Source: an uncultured cyanobacterium (lineage in GTDB: Bacteria; Cyanobacteriota; Cyanobacteriia; PCC-6307; Cyanobiaceae). From it: a stretch of 64,000 nucleotides of DNA. Position numbers and translations under genes: made by a program. Positions 57,777-64,000 of this stretch are shown one piece after another (positions within the stretch are counted from its first letter, which is position 1; every line of letters starts with the position of its first letter). Where the stretch lies: the NCBI GenBank assembly GCA_963697335.1, contig CAVONQ010000018.1, positions 416,001 to 480,000 on the forward strand. The letters are read 5' to 3'. The notes under the pieces were generated by a model. The model searched no databases, was not told the DNA's origin, and saw only the letters and a program-made list of their open reading frames with translations.

Positions 57777-58970
57777 ATGCCTGTCGATTCCAAGGCCGCT
57801 TCCTACGTCTCTGCCACCGCCTCCTCGGGTGGTCCTGCTTCCCCCGCCGATGTCCGGGCCGCCGCCGAGCGGGACAAGGCGCTCGGCCTGGTGCTCAACC
57901 AGATCGAGCGGAATTTCGGCAAGGGTTCGATCATGCGGCTGGGGGACGCCTCCCGCATGCGGGTGGAGACCGTCTCCACCGGGGCCCTGACCCTCGATCT
58001 GGCCCTTGGCGGCGGCTACCCCAAGGGCCGGGTGGTGGAGGTGTACGGGCCGGAGAGCTCCGGCAAGACCACCCTGACCCTCCATGCGATCGCCGAGGTG
58101 CAGAAGCGGGGAGGCGTGGCCGCCTTCGTGGATGCGGAGCACGCCCTTGATCCGGTCTACGCGGCTGCGCTTGGCGTCGACATCGAGAACCTGCTGGTGT
58201 CGCAGCCGGACACCGGCGAGATGGCCCTGGAGATCGTCGACCAGCTGGTGCGCTCCGCCGCCGTGGACATCGTGGTGGTCGATTCCGTGGCGGCCCTCAC
58301 CCCCCGGGCTGAGATTGAGGGCGAGATGGGTGATCTGGCCGTGGGCAGCCAGGCCCGGCTGATGAGCCAGGCGATGCGCAAGATCACCGGCAACATCGGC
58401 AAGTCCGGCTGCACGGTGATCTTCCTGAACCAGCTGCGCCAGAAGATCGGCGTCACCTATGGCAGCCCGGAGACCACCACCGGCGGCAATGCCCTCAAGT
58501 TCTATGCCTCGGTGCGTCTCGACATCCGCCGCATCCAGACCCTCAAGCGCGGCACCGAGGAGTACGGCATCCGGGCCAAGGTGAAGGTGGCCAAAAACAA
58601 GGTGGCCCCTCCATTCCGGATTGCCGAGTTCGACATCCTCTTCGGCCGCGGCATCAGCACCCTGGGCTGCCTGCTGGACCTGGCCGAGGAAACCGCCGTG
58701 GTGATCCGCAAGGGCGCCTGGTACAGCTACGAGGGCGACAACATCGGCCAAGGCCGTGACAACACGATCGCCTGGCTGGAGCAGAACCCCGACAAGGCCG
58801 TGGAGATCGAACAGCGCACCCGTCAGAAGCTCAAGGAAGGCTCGGAGGTGATGGCCAACTCGCTCAAGCCCCTGGCTGCCGCCGCTAAAGCAGCTGCTGT
58901 GGCTCAGCCCATGGGGCCTGATGCTGGGTCGCCGACTCCTGCAGCGGGGGAGCTGCCGGTGGCCGGATGA
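57777..58970 (+). CDS. recA: Recombinase A
   Basis: [47 protein letters not shown]. Confidence 0.99.
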   Translation: MPVDSKAASYVSATASSGGPASPADVRAAAERDKALGLVLNQIERNFGKGSIMRLGDASRMRVETVSTGALTLDLALGGGYPKGRVVEVYGPESSGKTTLTLHAIAEVQKRGGVAAFVDAEHALDPVYAAALGVDIENLLVSQPDTGEMALEIVDQLVRSAAVDIVVVDSVAALTPRAEIEGEMGDLAVGSQARLMSQAMRKITGNIGKSGCTVIFLNQLRQKIGVTYGSPETTTGGNALKFYASVRLDIRRIQTLKRGTEEYGIRAKVKVAKNKVAPPFRIAEFDILFGRGISTLGCLLDLAEETAVVIRKGAWYSYEGDNIGQGRDNTIAWLEQNPDKAVEIEQRTRQKLKEGSEVMANSLKPLAAAAKAAAVAQPMGPDAGSPTPAAGELPVAG

Positions 58971-58984
58971 CGGAGGGGCTTAGG

Positions 58985-59018
58985 GGAGTCAGGGCCTGAG
59001 GCCCAAGCCCCTGACTCC
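58985..59018. terminator. Hairpin between convergent recA and DUF1815 genes
   Basis: GGAGTCAGGG...CCCTGACTCC 10-bp stem; no U-tract on either side. Confidence 0.5.
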
Positions 59019-59029
59019 GAGAGGACGGT

Positions 59030-59398
59030 TCAGGTGAGAGCCGGCGGCTCGCCCTGGTGAGCGCTGGCCAGCAGAGCCGCTTCGCTGGCGGGGCCGTTCT
59101 GCAGCATCTGGGCGACCCGCTGCAGTTCCTGGATGGCCTCGGCGCCCTCCAGCTTGACCAGTTCATGGCCGTTGCGGGACTCGATCCAGCTGATGCCGAA
59201 ATCGGATACCAGGAATCGCACCATGTGGTTGGCGCCGAGGTTGGCGACGAAGGAAGCGCCATGGCCGTCGCGGCCGTCCCCGCAGCTGTAGCAGGTGGCG
59301 GCCATGCCGCGGCTCTGCAGGCTGGAAGCCAGGGCCTGCAGGCTCATCACCAGATCTTGAACAACGGAGCGGTACTGCTCCGCGAGCCGGGGAAACAT
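59030..59398 (-). CDS. DUF1815 family protein
   Basis: MFPRLAEQYR..DLVMSLQALA..ATCYSC..RFLVSDFGISWIESRNG; typical position downstream of recA. Confidence 0.8.
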   Translation of the reverse strand: MFPRLAEQYRSVVQDLVMSLQALASSLQSRGMAATCYSCGDGRDGHGASFVANLGANHMVRFLVSDFGISWIESRNGHELVKLEGAEAIQELQRVAQMLQNGPASEAALLASAHQGEPPALT

Positions 59399-59493
59399 GG
59401 CGCCAACACACTGTGGGCCAACCCTAAGCTTTTCTTTCGATTCGCGTGGGTATGAATGCTCACTTCCTGACCGTCATTGCGGCACAGGCCGTC

Positions 59494-59736
59494 TCAGCCG
59501 TCGGCCAAGGCCCACCAACCCAGGCCAGGGCCGATGAAGCGCACCGTGAGCCAGAACAGCACCAGGGCACCGATCCCCACCCAGGCGCCCCGGGTGGTGA
59601 GGGAGACGAACCGATCGGCCTGGTTGCGGGTGAAGGGCAGCCAGGAGATGAGGCGCGGCGATGTGTCGGGCGTGGCCGTGCGCTTCGGGGCCCTCGGGGG
59701 CAGTCCCTGGCTCTCGCGGCGGCGGGCCTCGCCCAT
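59494..59736 (-). CDS. DUF2839 family small membrane protein
   Basis: MGEARRR..GLPPR..GAWVGIGAL..WLTVRFIGP..GWW. Confidence 0.8.
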   Translation of the reverse strand: MGEARRRESQGLPPRAPKRTATPDTSPRLISWLPFTRNQADRFVSLTTRGAWVGIGALVLFWLTVRFIGPGLGWWALADG

Positions 59737-59784
59737 GGGTGCAGCTCCTGGAAGTTGATGCTTCCGCTCAGGCTACGGCCACTG

Positions 59785-61293
59785 CTAGTGGGGCAGAAGG
59801 CGGCTGAGATTGACCCAGGGCTCCAGGGCCCGCAGCACCTGACGCCCCCAGCTGCGCCCCCTCAGGCGGCCGTCCAGCACCGCCAGCCGCCCCCCCTGGC
59901 GACGCAACCCCACCACGGCCAGCTGTAGGCGGGTGAGGCCATCGGGCAGCAGGCGCTCGCGGAACCAGTCGCGTCCCTCCCGGCGCAGGGCCAGCACCTG
60001 GGCGGCGGTGAGGGGATCGTCGAGGCTGGCAATCGGCAGCAGCGCCACCACGATCTGGGCCGGATCGGGCATCCGGCCCTGGTGGGTCAGCCACCAGCTC
60101 CAGCGGGCACACACCACGCCGTGGCTCTCGGGCGTCGTGTGCTCGTGCACCACCCGACTGCCGAATTCGGCCGCCAGGGCGCTGGCCAGGGAGAGGCGCA
60201 GCCCCTCGTCATCGAGCAGCACCAGGGTGAGGCCCCCCTGGCCGAGCACCAGGCGGCGGCACTGCTCCAGCAGGTGCTCGCCGTAGCGCGGACTGTTGGG
60301 CAGGGGCTGGCGCAGCGGGGCATAGAGGGGCAGCGGATCGGCCAGGGGCTCCGCCCCCAGATCCACCACGACGTCGGGGTCGAGGCCCAGGGCCGGGCCC
60401 CCCGGGAGACCCGGTTGCCCCACCGTGCTGGCCAGCTCGGCCACCACCACGGCGCCCTGACCGTCCAGCAGGCCCTCCAGCACCCGCAGGGGTTCGAGCG
60501 GTTGGCGGTGCAGGCTCCATTGCAGCAGCCGCGTGGCCGGTGGCAGCCCCTCGACTGAGGGGGGCTGGTCCGCTCTGGTGGGCTCCCGCTCCGTCCAGCT
60601 CACCCAGCCGTTGCCGCCACTGGAGCGCCAGGCCGCCCAGGGCTCGGGCAGGGGATCGAGCAGTCCCAGCAGCTGGCGCAGGGGGGCCTCGTCTTCCGGG
60701 GCCAGCAGCAGCGGTCGCCTCGCCCCACCCGGATGGGCCATCACCTGCCGGCTCATGCGGCTGTACAGCTCGCCGAGGCCGGCCCGGAGGGCTGGATGGG
60801 CCCGGGCCAGCCGTTCCCAGTCCGCGGCCTCGAGACGCAGCGCCAGGCTGGCTCTCAGGCGGGCGTCGAGCTGCTCGGCCTCTGGGATCACCAGCTGACG
60901 CCCCTTCAGCCGGCCGCCGCGCCAGGCGCTCACCAGCTCGGGCACACCCAGCAGCCAAACCTTGGCGTGGCCGGGGTCACCGCCCTCGTAGCAGGGCAGG
61001 CTGAGGCCGGCCTTGCTGAGGCGGTCCAGCTCCACCTGCAGCAGGCGCTGCCTCAGGCCCTGGCTCAGCACCAGCACCACCGGGGTCTCGCCCAGGGCCA
61101 GGGGCACCAGCAGCCCCAGCAGCCAACCGGGGTCGCTGCCCGGTGTCAGGCGCACCAGGGTGCGGTCGCCTCGCCGCAGGCTACGGGCCACCAGCCGGCA
61201 GAGGCTGAGCTGGTGGGGCCAGCCCTCGTGGTCGCCAAGCCCCTCCCGCCGCAGCAACGCCTTCAGCTCGTGGTGGGCGTGGGCCTCAAGCAT
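59785..61293 (-). CDS. DinG-family helicase-like protein with degenerate ATPase motifs
   Basis: WPHQL Q-motif-like segment; C-terminal LPIASLDDP, DWFR, AVLDGRL..SWG resembling Helicase_C_2. Confidence 0.75.
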   Translation of the reverse strand: MLEAHAHHELKALLRREGLGDHEGWPHQLSLCRLVARSLRRGDRTLVRLTPGSDPGWLLGLLVPLALGETPVVLVLSQGLRQRLLQVELDRLSKAGLSLPCYEGGDPGHAKVWLLGVPELVSAWRGGRLKGRQLVIPEAEQLDARLRASLALRLEAADWERLARAHPALRAGLGELYSRMSRQVMAHPGGARRPLLLAPEDEAPLRQLLGLLDPLPEPWAAWRSSGGNGWVSWTEREPTRADQPPSVEGLPPATRLLQWSLHRQPLEPLRVLEGLLDGQGAVVVAELASTVGQPGLPGGPALGLDPDVVVDLGAEPLADPLPLYAPLRQPLPNSPRYGEHLLEQCRRLVLGQGGLTLVLLDDEGLRLSLASALAAEFGSRVVHEHTTPESHGVVCARWSWWLTHQGRMPDPAQIVVALLPIASLDDPLTAAQVLALRREGRDWFRERLLPDGLTRLQLAVVGLRRQGGRLAVLDGRLRGRSWGRQVLRALEPWVNLSRLLPH

Positions 61294-61348
61294 CCGCCGT
61301 CAGCCGGGGGCCTGAATCGTACGAAGCTGGACGGGTGGCACTGCAACC

Positions 61349-62248
61349 ATGACAACAGCACCGCCGTCGGCGATCCCCCCCGAGTTTGCGATCCGCCTGC
61401 AGGGTCCTGTCGGCATCGTGGGGCTGGGCCTGATCGGCGGCTCCCTCGGCCTCGATCTGCAGGCCCTGGGCCTGGAGGTGCGGGCCCTGGTGCGGCGCCC
61501 GGCCACGGCGGAACGCGCCCGGCAGCGCCAGCTGGCCACGGCGGTGAGTGACGAGCCGGCGCTGCTGCAGGGCTGTTCCCTGGTGGTGCTGGCGCTGCCC
61601 CTCGATGGCCTGCTGGATCCGCCGCCCCAGCTGGTGCAGGCCCTGCCCCGGGGGGCGGTGATCACTGATGTGGGCTCGGTCAAGGCGCCGGTCCTGGAGC
61701 GCTGGTCGGCCCTGCATCCCCGCTTCGTGGCCAGCCACCCCATGGCCGGGACGGCGGCCGCCGGCGTGGAGGCGGGAGAACCGGGGCTGTTTCGCGGCCG
61801 GCCCTGGGTGCTGACCCCTGGGGCGGCGACCGAGCAGCAGGCGTTGGTTCAGGTCTGGGCCCTGGCCGAGGCGGTGGGAGCCCGGCCGCTCAGCTGTTCT
61901 GCGGAGGCCCATGACCGCGCTGCGGCCCTCATCTCCCATCTGCCGGTGCTGGTGAGTGCCGCCCTGCTGCAGAGTGTCGATGCTGCGGCCGGCGCCCAGG
62001 GGGGAGAGCTGCCGGATCTGGTGCGCGCCCTGGCTTCCAGCGGCTTTGCCGACACGAGCCGGGTGGGAGGGGGCAATCCGGCCTTGGGGACCCTGATGGC
62101 CCGCAGCAACCGGATCGCCCTGCAGGAGGCCCTGACGGCCTACCGGCTCAGCCTGGAGGCCCTGGAGCACCGCCTCGCCGCGTCCGACTGGGACGCCCTG
62201 CAGGCCGACCTCAGCGCTTGTCAGCGGCTGCGCCCGCAGTTTCTGTGA
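61349..62248 (+). CDS. tyrA: Prephenate/arogenate dehydrogenase
   Basis: GIVGLGLIGGS, TDVGSVK, SHPMAG, HDRAAALISHLP, SSGFADTSRVGGG. Confidence 0.95.
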   Translation: MTTAPPSAIPPEFAIRLQGPVGIVGLGLIGGSLGLDLQALGLEVRALVRRPATAERARQRQLATAVSDEPALLQGCSLVVLALPLDGLLDPPPQLVQALPRGAVITDVGSVKAPVLERWSALHPRFVASHPMAGTAAAGVEAGEPGLFRGRPWVLTPGAATEQQALVQVWALAEAVGARPLSCSAEAHDRAAALISHLPVLVSAALLQSVDAAAGAQGGELPDLVRALASSGFADTSRVGGGNPALGTLMARSNRIALQEALTAYRLSLEALEHRLAASDWDALQADLSACQRLRPQFL

Positions 62249-63776
62249 GCTCTTGGGCAGGACTCCGCAGGCCCAGCCGGCGGCCCCGCCGCGCCAGCAA
62301 CTGGCGGCTGGCCATCAGTGCCGAGAGGCTTACGCCTGCGGTGCCCTCGCCCGGGTAGATCGCATCTCCACACAGCCACAGGCCCTCGATCGGCGTGCGG
62401 CTGGCCAGGCCGAACGGTCCGAAGTTCCCCGGCCGCTGGCCCAGTCCGCCCACGAAGCCGAAGGGACGGCCGGTCCAGCGGGCAAACCCCCGCGGTGTGG
62501 CGAGTTCGCGGTGCCGCCAGGCGGAGGGGTCCAGGCCGAGCAGCTGCTCCAGCCCCGCCTGGATGGCGGCCATGGCCCGGCTCTTGGCCACCCCGTAGGC
62601 CTGCCGGTCGAGGCTGAACCAGGGGCGGGCCGGGGTGAACACGCTGGCGATCACGGTGGCCTGCCCCTCCGGCGCCCGGCCGTCGCCGGGCTGACTCACC
62701 GACACGAACAGGGCGCCGGGATCGTCCCAGGCCAGCTGCAGGTGGCAGGGACAGTCCGCGGGCAGGGCCTGACGATCCACCGCCCCGTAGAGCACCAGGG
62801 CCCCGGAGGGATCAGCCAGCTGGTCCAGGCGGCGTCGGTAGGCCGCCCCCAGGGTGGGGGAGTCCAGCAGCTGGGGCAGGCCCTGGGGCGGGATCGCCAG
62901 CACGAGGTCGCGGGCCGTGCGTTCAAAGTCCTCCCCCTGCCGCTGGCGGCCGCAGCGCTGCCCCTGGAGCTGCCAGCCCTCGCCCTGCCGCTGCAGCCGC
63001 TCCACCCGGTGCCCCAGGCGCAGGTGCCCCCCGGCTTGGCCCAGGGCCTGCTCCAGGGCCGTGCTCAGGCTCTGCATCGAGCCCTCCAGGTGCCACAGCC
63101 CCAGGGGCTCCTGGGCGATGGCCAGCACCGTGGCCCCGTAGAGGGCGGCGGTGCGATCCGAGGGCTCCTGGGAGTAGAGCCGCAGCTGCAGATCCAGAAA
63201 GCGGCGCAGCCGCTGGTCGTCCCCGCAGCCGCACAGGGCCAGCAGGTCGGCCACGCTTGCCGCGGCGAACAGGCCGCTGGCCAGGTTGGCGGGCCGCAGG
63301 GCCCCCAGCAGCCGGCCCAGATCCCAGCCATTGCGCGGTGGCAACACAGGATCCCGGGCCGCGAAGCCCCAGTTGGCGCTGTGCAGGGCCGCGCAGAGGC
63401 GCCAGAAGGGCTCACTGCCCGGAAACTGGCTCAGCCGCTCCTGCCGCCAGCGCTGGGGGTCGCGCCACAGCCGCACCGGGGCGCTCCCGTCACCCAGGTG
63501 CACCACACAGGCTGGATCGAGGGGCCGGGCGGCGGGCAGCTCGATGCCCAGGTGCTGGAAGAGGCGGGCATGGCTGCCGCCGGGCTCCAGGCCGGCCACC
63601 TGGGTGGCCCCCACATCGAACACGTAGGGCCCGCGCCGGAAGGTGCCGGCGCAGCCACCGCACTGGTTGTGGGCTTCCAGCAGCTCCACCTCCAGTCCCG
63701 CATCGGCCAGCAGCGCCGCAGCCGTGAGTCCGGCAATGCCGGCCCCCACCACCGCCACGTCGAGCACCTCTGCCAT
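62211..63776 (-). CDS. crtD: C-3',4' carotenoid desaturase CrtD-like FAD oxidoreductase
   Basis: VVGAGIAGL, GGCAGTF, FDVGATQVAGLE, DLQLRLYSQ, ATPRGF, GDAIYPGEGT. Confidence 0.85.
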   Translation of the reverse strand: MAEVLDVAVVGAGIAGLTAAALLADAGLEVELLEAHNQCGGCAGTFRRGPYVFDVGATQVAGLEPGGSHARLFQHLGIELPAARPLDPACVVHLGDGSAPVRLWRDPQRWRQERLSQFPGSEPFWRLCAALHSANWGFAARDPVLPPRNGWDLGRLLGALRPANLASGLFAAASVADLLALCGCGDDQRLRRFLDLQLRLYSQEPSDRTAALYGATVLAIAQEPLGLWHLEGSMQSLSTALEQALGQAGGHLRLGHRVERLQRQGEGWQLQGQRCGRQRQGEDFERTARDLVLAIPPQGLPQLLDSPTLGAAYRRRLDQLADPSGALVLYGAVDRQALPADCPCHLQLAWDDPGALFVSVSQPGDGRAPEGQATVIASVFTPARPWFSLDRQAYGVAKSRAMAAIQAGLEQLLGLDPSAWRHRELATPRGFARWTGRPFGFVGGLGQRPGNFGPFGLASRTPIEGLWLCGDAIYPGEGTAGVSLSALMASRQLLARRGRRLGLRSPAQELTETAGAAADKR

Positions 63777-63811
63777 GGCGGCATGCTGGCAGGCAGGTCT
63801 GCGGCGCCGTG

Positions 63812-64000
63812 GTGAGTCTCCCCTCCGAGCCCCTGGCCGCCTGGTATGAAGCCCGACTGGGCTTCCGGCCCATCGCCCAGACCCCCGTAGGGGGCGGCTG
63901 CATCCATCGGGCCTGGCGGCTGGTGAATGCGGAGGGCAGCAGCGTCTTTGCCAAGATCGGCGGCAGCGGTGCCATGGCGCTGCTGGAGGCCGAGGCCATG
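63812..64000 (+). CDS. Fructosamine kinase family protein, 3'-truncated by window edge
   Basis: Manual translation MSLPSEPLAAW..PVGGGCIHRAWRL..VFAK..LEAEA; frame open to the window end. Confidence 0.8.
   Translation, partial: MSLPSEPLAAWYEARLGFRPIAQTPVGGGCIHRAWRLVNAEGSSVFAKIGGSGAMALLEAEAM

Overview
GC-rich core-genome window from an alpha-picocyanobacterium (Cyanobium/freshwater Synechococcus-like, judged from gene order and protein sequences). It holds rne-rnhB, pheA, the str operon (rpsL-rpsG-fusA-tuf-rpsJ), ferredoxin-dependent glutamate synthase, lipA, a cbiG-cobJ fusion, psaA-psaB and psaI-psaL with a crcB pair between them, a cell-wall cluster (GT2, NlpC/P60, serine hydrolase, alr), the large ribosomal superoperon (rplC to prfA), ndhN-ldpA-ycf45-like, recA with a LexA box, a degenerate DinG-like gene, tyrA, crtD and three tRNAs (Pro-CGG, Ser-GCT, Gln-TTG). 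I found no mobile element, prophage, CRISPR array or defence island, and no clearly new multi-gene system. The best leads are modest: a long rplC leader with two mutually exclusive stems next to the start codon, a DinG-family pseudo-helicase that has lost its ATPase motifs and sits with two DUF genes opposite recA, a 4 x 17-bp tandem array just after tRNA-Gln, and a possible cytoplasmic peptidoglycan-recycling pair. All calls come from reading motifs by eye; no searches or folding programs were run.
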